Of a DNA stretch of 54,256 nucleotides, positions 36,660 to 46,163 are shown one piece after another; positions within the stretch are counted from its first letter, which is position 1, and each line of letters starts with the position of its first letter. The notes under the pieces are model-generated. The model saw only the letters and a program-made list of their open reading frames with translations, had not been told where the DNA came from and did no database searches. The DNA is from a virus (taxonomy: Duplodnaviria; Caudoviricetes). The stretch covers positions 1-54,256 of IMG/VR virus record IMGVR_UViG_3300030328_001943; one strand, given 5' to 3'. Made by a program: the position numbers and the translations under genes.

Positions 36660-37703
36660 CTATCTTGCTGTTGTTGGAATACCTTCCGATGTTACGAATG
36701 GGTTTTCTGCAAATGCAGCAAATATATAACTATGCCCATTACCATTTATACCTGTGTTATTTGTTCTAAATCTAAAACCATTAGAAACAAGGTCCATAGG
36801 AAGCGATGATAAATGTTCTTCATCAACATTTAAATTAGGAAAATAATAGTCAGTAACTGGATTCATTGTGCTTCTTTCACTGTCTAATATCCACCAGTTA
36901 TAACCTGCATTAGCATAATTTTTAAGTATTATCATTGCAGGTTTAAATCCTGTGTAAACAAATACCCCACTTGCATTTCCATTTCCTTTATAACTACCAA
37001 ACTTGCTATAACCTTGTATAGATGTAAAACAATAAGATATAAAATTATCAGTAGCTTGAAATTGGCTTGATGTATGAAAAACTGAACTTGTAGGAGCAGT
37101 GCTTCCATAAGGATAATCGCCTGTTGTTTGTGCTGAATCTAAATTTAATCCTACAAAATTTCCACTTGTTAAACCTCTGTGATAAACACACCAGTCTGCT
37201 GTTCCACCTAGTCTTTTAGTTATTATCATATGTGGTACTGCGCCCAAACCATGTCCAATAGTAGTTGTAGTAAGACTTCCTGCGCCAAGCCATTTGGCAA
37301 TAGTAAATCCTGCTGTTTGATTGGCTTGAACAGTGCTGTTTGTTCCGCCGTCTGAATTTGTGCTAGTAGAGCCTGCGCCACATTTCCACTGCCAACTCAT
37401 ACTTACTTCACCATTAACATTGTTGCCACCACCTGCGGGCAAACTAAAACCATCTGTTTGAAAGGCTTGTATTACAGAACTAGCAGTATCCTCTGCTGAT
37501 GATAAATTAGACCTTAGATATTTTGTAACTCCTCTAGTGCTGTCTTGCCACATATGAGAAGAAGCGGTATCAGTTTTTATCCAAACTAAATCGGGTTGTA
37601 AATCACTATTACCTGCATTTGTAACACTTCTATCTGAACCAGTTCCCGTGTACTCTGTTCCTTGAAAGTGTGCTGATGGGTCGTCTATTGTTGTATAAGC
37701 CAT
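36660..37703 (-). CDS. Tail fibre/receptor-binding protein
   Basis: YTGTG repeats, QPDLVWIK, HGLGAVP and YTGFKPA motifs. Confidence 0.75.
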   Translation of the reverse strand: MAYTTIDDPSAHFQGTEYTGTGSDRSVTNAGNSDLQPDLVWIKTDTASSHMWQDSTRGVTKYLRSNLSSAEDTASSVIQAFQTDGFSLPAGGGNNVNGEVSMSWQWKCGAGSTSTNSDGGTNSTVQANQTAGFTIAKWLGAGSLTTTTIGHGLGAVPHMIITKRLGGTADWCVYHRGLTSGNFVGLNLDSAQTTGDYPYGSTAPTSSVFHTSSQFQATDNFISYCFTSIQGYSKFGSYKGNGNASGVFVYTGFKPAMIILKNYANAGYNWWILDSERSTMNPVTDYYFPNLNVDEEHLSSLPMDLVSNGFRFRTNNTGINGNGHSYIFAAFAENPFVTSEGIPTTAR

Positions 37704-37704
37704 A

Positions 37705-39189
37705 TTATCCGAACTCGTTTAAATTTGCAGTATTAAGAGAATAGTATCCAGTTGGTGGAGCATACTCAAAGTTTCCATATCCATTTGCATCTGCGTTTCC
37801 TGAAGATACTGTATTAGCGTGGAACCCACCAAAGTTTGCTTGAATACTATTGTCTGAATCATATTGAGATACACCAAAATAAGTATCACCAGTCCAAGGT
37901 ATAGCATAGCCATTATTACTTGCTGGGTTATCAGAAAGCAACCAGCTTCCATCTTTTGCCCAATATATTTTGTGGTTATCCATATCTAGTGCAACACTTA
38001 TCAAATCCCCTGCATTAAATTTACTAGCAGTTCCACCATCATCTTGTGCAGGATAAGTCGCACCATTTTGACCATACAAAGAAACACTATAACCACTAGA
38101 GCCACTATGTCCTACATAGACACCACCACTTGCTATTACAAGATCAAATCGTTCTGCTTGTGCTGCTCCAATCATGGTATAAACAGGCGTGCCTGAACCA
38201 GTAATATAAAACTCTGCATACCATTTACCTTGTGATACAGCTATAGTTGATAAAGCAGTATCCCAACCTGAAATACCTGCTGCTTCTGTTCCCCCTTGTG
38301 TAATGTTTAAACCACCAGGATAACCATCATTTGCACCAGTAGCACTAAACAAACCATTCCAAGTTGCATAATTCGTAGTTGGAGAATCAGATGATTGATC
38401 TACTGCTGAAATATTATTTAAAGACCAATTATTTGCATTTCCACTATCATCTGCACCAAGACTTGAAGAATCCTCAAAGTCTAAATAAAAACCATTGGTG
38501 CCATAAGAACCTGTATATTTTTTTGGAATCCAAATACCAGTATCACTATCAGTTTCTCCAAAATCTGAGGGAGCTAATGCTTGTCCTTCGACCCAATTTA
38601 TTTCAGTCATATAACCATTAAGTCCTTGAGCAAAACCTGTAGAGGCATTATAGTAACCTCCTATGGTGTGAACAACATCTCCATCAGTACCATCATTCTT
38701 TTTACCCCAAACAGATTTAGCATTTACACTAGGGTTGGTGTCTGTAGAAAAATCAGTTATTTCTGCACCATTAACATACAGCTTCATTCTATCTCCAGCA
38801 GTAGAATTGGCTGTGTCCCATACTGCTACTATGTGATACCACGCACTATAATCTCGAAAAACTGCTGTTGTTCTTAGTTCAGCAACACCATCTTCATCTG
38901 AGTTGTTTCTAAATCCTAAATGTTCTCCTCTAAAACGAATATCAAAATCACTTTGTGCATCTGCTGCTCCAAACATTCTTTCTTTTGGAGCAGTTGATGT
39001 ATCTTCATTTGGAATATGTTTTACCCACATAGAAGCAGTCCATAGAACTCTGTTCCAGTCTGAACCTGAAGTACCTCTAGTATCATATAAATATTCTGTG
39101 CTAGCTGAATTAAACTTTAAAGAGTTATCAATCTGATAAGGGCCAGTAGATATGCTTCCTCTATTTGCTGTACGCTGTAGCGTTTCCAT
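37705..39189 (-). CDS. Tail fibre protein with LamG/ConA-like and SPRY-like domains
   Basis: FRDYSAWYHIV, KLYVNG, GKWYAEF, ALDMDNHKIYW and ANFG motifs. Confidence 0.8.
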   Translation of the reverse strand: METLQRTANRGSISTGPYQIDNSLKFNSASTEYLYDTRGTSGSDWNRVLWTASMWVKHIPNEDTSTAPKERMFGAADAQSDFDIRFRGEHLGFRNNSDEDGVAELRTTAVFRDYSAWYHIVAVWDTANSTAGDRMKLYVNGAEITDFSTDTNPSVNAKSVWGKKNDGTDGDVVHTIGGYYNASTGFAQGLNGYMTEINWVEGQALAPSDFGETDSDTGIWIPKKYTGSYGTNGFYLDFEDSSSLGADDSGNANNWSLNNISAVDQSSDSPTTNYATWNGLFSATGANDGYPGGLNITQGGTEAAGISGWDTALSTIAVSQGKWYAEFYITGSGTPVYTMIGAAQAERFDLVIASGGVYVGHSGSSGYSVSLYGQNGATYPAQDDGGTASKFNAGDLISVALDMDNHKIYWAKDGSWLLSDNPASNNGYAIPWTGDTYFGVSQYDSDNSIQANFGGFHANTVSSGNADANGYGNFEYAPPTGYYSLNTANLNEFG

Positions 39190-39190
39190 A

Positions 39191-40171
39191 TTAGGTTTGT
39201 GCTAGATTTTGAACTCTGCCGATTTCCTGCCAAACTGATCCGTTGTATCTAAAAGATAAAATATCTGTTTTGTTGGCTGTAGCTGTAATCGTGGGAGCTG
39301 TGCTGGCAGCAAATTCAAAGACTGTATTCCAAGCAATTGTTCTAGCTGTACCACCTTGAGCTATTTCTACAGAAATAATCGCACCTTCTACAGCATTACT
39401 GGGAGCTGAAAACGTGGTGTTCTCAGTTGTAACATGATATGCGTTTGCGGCAGCTCTTGCATCCCAAGCTACTGCATTAGAGCTTGAGGTGATAGCTACT
39501 TGGCTAATATTAGCTGAAGTAGAAGCTGTAACTTTTTTAGGCATTGTTACGAACTGATCTTCATCTACTGAAATAGCTGGTGTTGTACCAACTGTTGAGC
39601 CTAGTCCTATAACTAAATCATCAGCACTATCATCTAAGCCAACATAAAAATCTTGTGCATTGCCATCAAACACAATTTTAGTATCTTCAGCAGTAGCATC
39701 ACCTATGGTTAAAGTTGTACCGTTAATTGATAAGCTATCTGTAACAGCTAGATCTGTAAGTGCGTCTAAAACTGCTGCTCCAGAACCTGCTCCATCTAAT
39801 TGTACTACCGCTACTTTGCCTGGAGCGATAGTTACATTAGCTCCAGATCCTTGCGATATAATTATATTTTGGGATCCACTTGTTGCATTTTCAATTATTT
39901 GAACCCTTTTCATAGTATTAGGGCCAATAGTTATTGTGCAAGCTGAATCTAACGTGCCTGTATATTTTAAATAAAAAGCCCTGCCTTCATCAGAACTACC
40001 ATCTGCAACTGTTGTGGTGTGAGTATCTGCGTTAGTAGTAATTGCTTCTGTTCCTACACCTAAAGCCTCTCCTATCAACTCTAAATTGGTATTTGTAGAA
40101 GTACCCCAAGTTCCAGACTCATCACCTGTTGCTATTTCTTTTAACCTTAAATTATTAACGTAAGTTGCCAT
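39191..40171 (-). CDS. Tail fibre, proximal part
   Basis: ATGDESGTWGTSTNTNL N-terminal anchor; Thr/Ala-rich. Confidence 0.7.
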   Translation of the reverse strand: MATYVNNLRLKEIATGDESGTWGTSTNTNLELIGEALGVGTEAITTNADTHTTTVADGSSDEGRAFYLKYTGTLDSACTITIGPNTMKRVQIIENATSGSQNIIISQGSGANVTIAPGKVAVVQLDGAGSGAAVLDALTDLAVTDSLSINGTTLTIGDATAEDTKIVFDGNAQDFYVGLDDSADDLVIGLGSTVGTTPAISVDEDQFVTMPKKVTASTSANISQVAITSSSNAVAWDARAAANAYHVTTENTTFSAPSNAVEGAIISVEIAQGGTARTIAWNTVFEFAASTAPTITATANKTDILSFRYNGSVWQEIGRVQNLAQT

Positions 40172-40198
40172 AGTTTTTTACCTCGTTTCTATATTAAA

Positions 40199-40840
40199 TT
40201 ATGCCGCCACTTCTGTCCAATTAGGAGTTTGATTATCATCTACCTCTTGCCATTTAAACGGAGTACCAAGTTCTCCGCTTGCAGAGACACCTGTAATTGT
40301 AACATTAGCTTTGCAATTAAAACTTGGATTTCCAACTGATCCTATCACCTGATTTACAAGCCCACCAACATTAAACCTATTATCAGTTTGAGTTGTTGCA
40401 GTACCAAGGGCTGAGGTACTCGCTTGTCCTGTTGGTGTTTGATTGGCTTTGGCTGTAATGGTTGGAGTGCCAAGGCCTCCTGTGGCTTCTAAACCTGTAA
40501 TACTTGTGTTAGCCTCTGCATCAATTGTTGCAGTACCAAGTGCTGATGTGCCAGCCAAGCCTGAAATTGTTAGAGTATTATTTGAAATTGTGGTAGCTGT
40601 TCCAAGCGCTGATACACCTGCAAAACCATTAACACCTATTTGACCCTCTGCGTCTACCGCAACCCCACCATTTACTGCTGTTATGCTTAATCCTGTAAGA
40701 GTGACCTTTGCTTCAGCATCTGTTGTTACTGTGCCTAATGCGGATGTGGCTGCAGATGGTGCTGTTAGTGTTACTGGTATAGCTTCGCCCCATGTGAGCT
40801 GACCCCATGTGCCTCGACCCCAGCCGTTTATAATAGCCAT
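40199..40840 (-). CDS. Tail/structural protein with beta repeats
   Basis: WG..TWG..TWG start; repeated lTG..a.salGt units. Confidence 0.6.
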   Translation of the reverse strand: MAIINGWGRGTWGQLTWGEAIPVTLTAPSAATSALGTVTTDAEAKVTLTGLSITAVNGGVAVDAEGQIGVNGFAGVSALGTATTISNNTLTISGLAGTSALGTATIDAEANTSITGLEATGGLGTPTITAKANQTPTGQASTSALGTATTQTDNRFNVGGLVNQVIGSVGNPSFNCKANVTITGVSASGELGTPFKWQEVDDNQTPNWTEVAA

Positions 40841-40852
40841 ACTAGGCTAAAA

Positions 40853-41278
40853 CTAAGCTATTCTAATAATAGCCGTAGAAGCTGCTGCTGCTGGAAATAC
40901 AATTGTAAAGTCTCCAGCGGTAGATGTTTTGTCTCCACCAAAATCTATGGTAGCAACTGATTTATCGCTATTGGTATCGTTATAAATCATACAACCTCTA
41001 GCTGTAACTGTAGCTGTACTAAAAGTTAAATCAGCAAAATCAGTAAAACCAGTAGTTCCACTTGATGTTGGTGCAACTTTAGTAAGTGCAGATCCACCAG
41101 ATGTATAGTTTGTACCAGATGCTTGACCTGTTGTAGTAAAGGCTGTAGTTGTAGCTCCTAAAGTAGCTGAACTTGTATATAAAGCAAGTTTGAAAGCGTT
41201 TCCGTTTGTCGCAAAGTTATGCGTAGCAGTAAGAAGCTCTTTCTTAAAACTTGTAGTTAATGTTGATGATATTGCCAT
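40853..41278 (-). CDS. Conserved virion structural protein
   Basis: SFKKELL...H.F....FKLALYT and DFGGDKTST.G.FTI.FP motifs. Confidence 0.65.
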   Translation of the reverse strand: MAISSTLTTSFKKELLTATHNFATNGNAFKLALYTSSATLGATTTAFTTTGQASGTNYTSGGSALTKVAPTSSGTTGFTDFADLTFSTATVTARGCMIYNDTNSDKSVATIDFGGDKTSTAGDFTIVFPAAAASTAIIRIA

Positions 41279-41571
41279 TATTTCAACTCCTTAAATATTT
41301 TTGCCAAATCTTCGTGTCCTTGACTAACAAGTAAATTATGTATAGTACATCTTTCACTATTGATAGCCTGTTTTATATAATAAAGTATTGTTTTATAAAT
41401 TGCTAGTTTGTAAGCTTCGGCTTGCTGTCTAACGTGTGGAGCAGCGTTTTCTGAAATACTACAGATCCTATTTGTAAGCTGTTCTGCCCACCACTCAGGA
41501 TCGTGGCCTTTGTTGATTTCTGTTTTTACTGTTATTAAGCCTAAGTTTGAGCTTGCAGAGTCATCTATCAT
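41278..41571 (-). CDS. Hypothetical protein
   Basis: Translationally coupled ORF. Confidence 0.7.
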   Translation of the reverse strand: MIDDSASSNLGLITVKTEINKGHDPEWWAEQLTNRICSISENAAPHVRQQAEAYKLAIYKTILYYIKQAINSERCTIHNLLVSQGHEDLAKIFKELK

Positions 41572-41574
41572 TTT

Positions 41575-42306
41575 CTACCATTTGTTAGGTTCAACAGGGC
41601 TTGTTTTATCATCATGCCTACCAATTAACATAGCATCAGGAGTTTTTCTTTTATATTGTAATTCGCTGGCTTTTTTAACAATAAGCTTATCTTCATCAAT
41701 TAAAGGAACCAGGGGATCTGCAAGCCTATGATAACCATATAGCTTTTCTTGTATAGGTATAGATGTATCTAACAAAGTTGATGTTTGTGCTATACCAACC
41801 TCTATACCAGCGTGCATACATTTTGATAACCAAAACTCTACACACGCTCTGCCTGACTCGGCAAAGTGTAAATTGCCTTTGTAAGTAAAATCTACGCCAT
41901 ACATACGAATGGCTCCAACTTTATTCCAGAGTGCAAAAGCTATGGCGTAAGCAACGGTGTTGTTCAAGTAAGTACAACTAAGATCTTTAACTATTTCTTC
42001 AATAGGATATAAAACTAGATTTTTGGCTCTTTCATCTAGCTCGCATGTATAAATAGGTTTTTTGCCGTCTTTAAGAAGTTTATTCATACCATGCGTTTGA
42101 CCGCCAGCATCATCGCTATCAAGAAATCTTGATGGTGGGTCCATCATAAAAGTACGGTCGTGAAATATAACAGAACCAACTGCGTTGATTCCCCATACCT
42201 CATCAAAGTGATCGCCGTGAGATGCGGCTAAATTGTATTCAAACCAGCTTTTGCCAAGACCAACAATAGCAATGGTTTTACCCTCGAGTTTTTTTATTGG
42301 TTTCAT
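41575..42306 (-). CDS. Putative glycosyltransferase-like enzyme (Maf/sialyltransferase-like pattern)
   Basis: IAIVGLGKS...VWGIN...D...NNTVAYAIAFAL...IRMYGVDF. Confidence 0.5.
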   Translation of the reverse strand: MKPIKKLEGKTIAIVGLGKSWFEYNLAASHGDHFDEVWGINAVGSVIFHDRTFMMDPPSRFLDSDDAGGQTHGMNKLLKDGKKPIYTCELDERAKNLVLYPIEEIVKDLSCTYLNNTVAYAIAFALWNKVGAIRMYGVDFTYKGNLHFAESGRACVEFWLSKCMHAGIEVGIAQTSTLLDTSIPIQEKLYGYHRLADPLVPLIDEDKLIVKKASELQYKRKTPDAMLIGRHDDKTSPVEPNKW

Positions 42307-42312
42307 ATATTT

Positions 42313-42984
42313 CTACGATACGTTTGTTCTTAGCGAGTCGTATCGATACTCGTCTCTTCTACCTCTTGCTTCAGCTTTATTTTTTAATCTGTTTATTTCT
42401 TGTAAAAATCTGTTTTCGTACAAAGCTAATAAATCAGGCTCTCCTTTCATAAAAGTGTAAGCTTCAACTAAACAACCGTATATTAAAGCATTTCTAGCAT
42501 GTTCTGCTAACCAAGTTCCAGTTGTATCAGTTACTAAAGAATTAGGCTTATATAAATAATGTAGTTCTACTTCGTAGCTTGAATTTGGAGTAGGAGCAAC
42601 AATAAGTGTTGACTCTTTTGTACCTGTTGCTAAATCCTTGTCATAATCTCCATAATAAAGTGGTAGACCATACTTTGTACTATCGGTTGGATCTGGTGTG
42701 TACTCTTGCATAAAGCTTGTATGTTTTTTTTCTAAAAAATTATACTCGCCATTTGAATCAATTGTTGCCAAAGAAAAACTTAGTTCAAAGTCAGATGGAG
42801 CTGTCAAAAACCTAGAACCTAAAGTAAGTTGTCCTTTAACATTTTTTCTAAAATAATCAAACTGCACTAGCTCAAATATTCTTTCTTCTGCATTTTTTAT
42901 AATATCATCAAGAGTATTTACAAAAGTAGTATCATCATTTTCTACATAGTTTTGAATGATTGTTTTGAGTTCTGTCAGCGTCAT
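42313..42984 (-). CDS. Neck/tail adaptor protein
   Basis: I..AEERI, P.YY, APTP...Y.VELHY and L.YG.LVEA..FMK motifs. Confidence 0.65.
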   Translation of the reverse strand: MTLTELKTIIQNYVENDDTTFVNTLDDIIKNAEERIFELVQFDYFRKNVKGQLTLGSRFLTAPSDFELSFSLATIDSNGEYNFLEKKHTSFMQEYTPDPTDSTKYGLPLYYGDYDKDLATGTKESTLIVAPTPNSSYEVELHYLYKPNSLVTDTTGTWLAEHARNALIYGCLVEAYTFMKGEPDLLALYENRFLQEINRLKNKAEARGRRDEYRYDSLRTNVS

Positions 42985-43676
42985 GTTGTATTTATAGTAC
43001 CGCCCATACCTGAATGATTAGTACAGTAATAATAAAGCGTAGGTGCTCCACTTGCAACTTCTATCTGAGTGTAAGCCCCTGAAGATCCTGGAGTTCCTGA
43101 TGTGGTTACGCCAGTAGTGTACTCAGATCCACCGCTATGAGTTCCATTTGAAGTAGTTGAAAATCTTAATGGGTGCCCAGAATTACTGCTATCAGATTGG
43201 TCAAAACGGTAAGTACTGCCCTCAGTCAAATCTAATGTAGCTTGCCTTGAACCATTAATATAAAAATAATTAGAACCGTAATAACTTGCAACCGTAACAG
43301 TGTAAGTTGTAATTGATGGCGCTGGAGTCGGGGCAGGTGTAGGAGAAGGTGTTGGGCTTGCTGTTGAAACACCGCTAATTGTAACTTCTCCTACGGCACT
43401 ATCAACCCTAAACCCAGCTATTGACCTGCTTATAATATTATCGTTATTAGAGATAACAAAACCTTGACCAACTTCTTTATCGGTATCAGGTCTTGGCTTG
43501 TATAAACTTTGTGCGTCAGCTGGAGAGTTAGAAGTTTCTAGTTGTGGATGTTTTTTTTCAAAACAACTTGGACAAACTTTCAATCCATTCCATTCTTGTT
43601 TAAGTTGTAATAACTTGTATCTGAAACCGCATCTATCACATATAGCTAATGCTTTTTTGCCACTAGCATAAGCCAT
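42981..43676 (-). CDS. Zinc-ribbon protein fused to a cupredoxin-like domain
   Basis: CDRC...CPSC; Pro/Thr linker; GHPLRFS and LYYYCTNHSGMG. Confidence 0.7.
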   Translation of the reverse strand: MAYASGKKALAICDRCGFRYKLLQLKQEWNGLKVCPSCFEKKHPQLETSNSPADAQSLYKPRPDTDKEVGQGFVISNNDNIISRSIAGFRVDSAVGEVTISGVSTASPTPSPTPAPTPAPSITTYTVTVASYYGSNYFYINGSRQATLDLTEGSTYRFDQSDSSNSGHPLRFSTTSNGTHSGGSEYTTGVTTSGTPGSSGAYTQIEVASGAPTLYYYCTNHSGMGGTINTT

Positions 43677-44347
43677 TACAAGCCTCTAAGGTAAGGTCTA
43701 ATTTTAAATGATGCTCTATCTTCGTCTTGTGATTGTGCTCTAGCAAACTCTTCTTCATAAACTTGTTTAAGTAATGGAGTTTTTTCAGGCGCTCTTTTCA
43801 TTGATATGTAATAAGCTAAACCTGCAGAGAAACAAGGATAAAATCTGAATGGCATGTCCATATTGTCTGTTGCTGTATCTGCATCATCCATACGAACAAT
43901 TTTATTGAATACTAAAATATCAGTAGAATTTTCTGGTGTAGGCCAAACATTAATAACTGGTATGCTTTGTTTATCTAAAAAAAATTGTGTTGGCCTTGCT
44001 TTTGTAGTTTTATTAGGAATGTTTATATATTCACTTCTACTTAATCTAGTCATACTTAAATCTGTTTGATTATCACTTACGGTTTTCCTAGAAACCATAT
44101 CTAATATATCTATAACATTTGCATTTAAAGTATATGCAGATGTCCCCTCAGTAACGGTTTGAGTGGTTTGTTCAATAGTCCATTGATTTAAACCACGATT
44201 GGCCCACTCTGCTAGCATAATATTTATAGATCTACGAGCAGTTCTCAAATCATACCCTGTCCTAAGTTCAATACCGCATCTTTCAAAGGCTTCTTCAATA
44301 AACTCAGTTACATTTGGTTCAAAATCTGTACTACCTGAAGTTGCCAT
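43676..44347 (-). CDS. Head-tail adaptor protein
   Basis: IEEAFERCG...TARRS.N....WANRG and IPNK....RP motifs; neck position. Confidence 0.7.
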   Translation of the reverse strand: MATSGSTDFEPNVTEFIEEAFERCGIELRTGYDLRTARRSINIMLAEWANRGLNQWTIEQTTQTVTEGTSAYTLNANVIDILDMVSRKTVSDNQTDLSMTRLSRSEYINIPNKTTKARPTQFFLDKQSIPVINVWPTPENSTDILVFNKIVRMDDADTATDNMDMPFRFYPCFSAGLAYYISMKRAPEKTPLLKQVYEEEFARAQSQDEDRASFKIRPYLRGL

Positions 44348-45027
44348 TATTCCTCCGTATCGTTGTATAAGTTATCGAATACTCGATTAACATCCAACGT
44401 ATAGTCTAAATCAGATTTTGAATAATGTATATGTGCTGATGGTCTAAAATCTGGCGCACCACTTCCTGTTTCAAACCAAGCAGGATGTGTAACTCTAACT
44501 CTATTGTTGGGTAAACCAACTATATTGCCTGTCCAATTACCAGCATCTAATAGTTCTAAAACATGTGTGCTTTTATGTTGTGCAGGATCATCAGCTATCT
44601 CACTTTCTGCATAATCCACCGTAAAGTAATATTTTGCTGGAAACATCTTGCCGTCTATTTTAGCAAGCCAGGGACAAGGAGTTGCTCTATTGATTACATA
44701 TACAGAATTATGATGTGAAGAACAGTCCCAAGGCTGAGCATCATGAACTGCCATAGGCTCTGGCCATTGATCAAAAGGTGTATCGCCAACTAAAGCTGTT
44801 ATGGGCATACGGGCCCACATAGCGCCACCATGAACCGTATCTTCTGGTTCTCCTTCTGCTTCTATTCCTGTGAATATTATATGAAAACCAAGACATCTAT
44901 TTGGCATGGTAGTAACACCCACAGCCATAGCGTGTAAAAACTCGCCATGATATTTGTCGTGGTTATGAGTGTACTCTCTTCTTACCCAGCATTTAAAATG
45001 CGGGATGTTATTGTAAAGATAAGACAA
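44347..45027 (-). CDS. Conserved hypothetical protein (His/Cys-rich, possibly an enzyme)
   Basis: GAMWARMPI.A, QPWDC.S, QHK..H and LPNNR motifs. Confidence 0.75.
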   Translation of the reverse strand: MSYLYNNIPHFKCWVRREYTHNHDKYHGEFLHAMAVGVTTMPNRCLGFHIIFTGIEAEGEPEDTVHGGAMWARMPITALVGDTPFDQWPEPMAVHDAQPWDCSSHHNSVYVINRATPCPWLAKIDGKMFPAKYYFTVDYAESEIADDPAQHKSTHVLELLDAGNWTGNIVGLPNNRVRVTHPAWFETGSGAPDFRPSAHIHYSKSDLDYTLDVNRVFDNLYNDTEE

Positions 45028-45028
45028 T

Positions 45029-45202
45029 TTAAGCTTTTACTAACTTATACCCTTTTTTCTTAGCTTGAGATCTAATTTGTGCAAGCGTCATGCTTTTAGC
45101 TGCGCCACCTTTACGCATACCTTTCATGCCACCTTTTGCGTAACCTTTGGATTTTTTACCCTTAAGACCACCATTACTAAAACCTTTAGTTTTTTTAAAC
45201 AT
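45029..45202 (-). CDS. Small Lys/Gly-rich protein (57 aa) with three xxGG repeats
   Basis: Manual translation MFKKTKGFSNGGLKGKKSKGYAKGGMKGMRKGGAAKSMTLAQIRSQAKKKGYKLVKA; AGGAGA RBS. Confidence 0.75.
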   Translation of the reverse strand: MFKKTKGFSNGGLKGKKSKGYAKGGMKGMRKGGAAKSMTLAQIRSQAKKKGYKLVKA

Positions 45203-45210
45203 AATATCTC

Positions 45211-45645
45211 CTACGATTTTGTAGTCACTTTTCTTCTATTACCTAAAACAGCTCCACAGCCTTTTGCTATAAAGCCACCTCCTTTAAGTTTAACACGATT
45301 TTGTTTTTTCATGTTTTTTTCAATAACGGATTGCATGTGTTCTTCGTAAGAAGTTTGCACACCATCATCCATTCCAAATTTGTTACTTTTTTTTGGCATA
45401 CCGCCTCCTGATAATTTATTAGAAACATTAATTGGTTTACCTTTTCTTTTTGGATTTGGGTCTTTGCGACGTTTTCTAGCTACTAATTTAGCTCTTTCTT
45501 GTTTAGACATGCCTTCAGCTTTTTTGCGTGGTAAACACTTAGGCTTACCTTCTGCTTCTTTTTTGCTTCCGCATGATCCTAGTATTGTACCGTCAGCTCC
45601 AATCCTAACCCAATCTTCGTCTAGCCATTTTTGCAATTGACCCAT
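45211..45645 (-). CDS. Basic protein
   Basis: L.KW..EDWV.I, CG...PKCLP, LKGGG..A.GCG motifs. Confidence 0.75.
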   Translation of the reverse strand: MGQLQKWLDEDWVRIGADGTILGSCGSKKEAEGKPKCLPRKKAEGMSKQERAKLVARKRRKDPNPKRKGKPINVSNKLSGGGMPKKSNKFGMDDGVQTSYEEHMQSVIEKNMKKQNRVKLKGGGFIAKGCGAVLGNRRKVTTKS

Positions 45646-45649
45646 AACT

Positions 45650-45880
45650 TTAACCAGATGATCTCATTACAGCACCAAAACCTGCGTTAGCAATACCACC
45701 ACCAGCAAACTTTTTTCTTTTGCTTTTTTTAGCTTTTGATTTTTTTGCATAGTTTGGATCCTTACAATATTTAGATGCTGCTAAATTGGCATATGCACTG
45801 GGATAAACATCAAAAGTTCTTTTAGCCCAAGCTTTACCTTCTGGACATATCTTGCCTTTACTCTTTGTTTTCTTTGCCAT
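45650..45880 (-). CDS. Small basic protein
   Basis: C..GK..AK..F.VYPSAYAN; FAGGG motif. Confidence 0.75.
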   Translation of the reverse strand: MAKKTKSKGKICPEGKAWAKRTFDVYPSAYANLAASKYCKDPNYAKKSKAKKSKRKKFAGGGIANAGFGAVMRSSG

Positions 45881-45896
45881 TATTTTATTTTATTAA

Positions 45897-46163
45897 TTAA
45901 CAACGCCATTGTCTGCGTGACCAGTAATTTGCTTTAGTTCTATCACTACCTAAACTTTTACTGCGTGCACAGTAAGCTTTTCTTTTTTTAGGATTATTAG
46001 GATGAGCTCCTAGTTTAGGATCCCCAAATGTAACACGCTTTATTTTTCCTGAAGCAGGATCTCTAACGAAAACTTCTCTAGTTTTTTTACCAAATCCAGG
46101 AGAACCTTTAGAGATTCTCCTAGGTTTGTTCAGGGTTACTTTTTTACCCTTATACTCGGCCAT
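45897..46163 (-). CDS. Small basic protein
   Basis: V.FGDP, RKAYCARS and ANYWSR..W.C motifs. Confidence 0.75.
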   Translation of the reverse strand: MAEYKGKKVTLNKPRRISKGSPGFGKKTREVFVRDPASGKIKRVTFGDPKLGAHPNNPKKRKAYCARSKSLGSDRTKANYWSRRQWRC

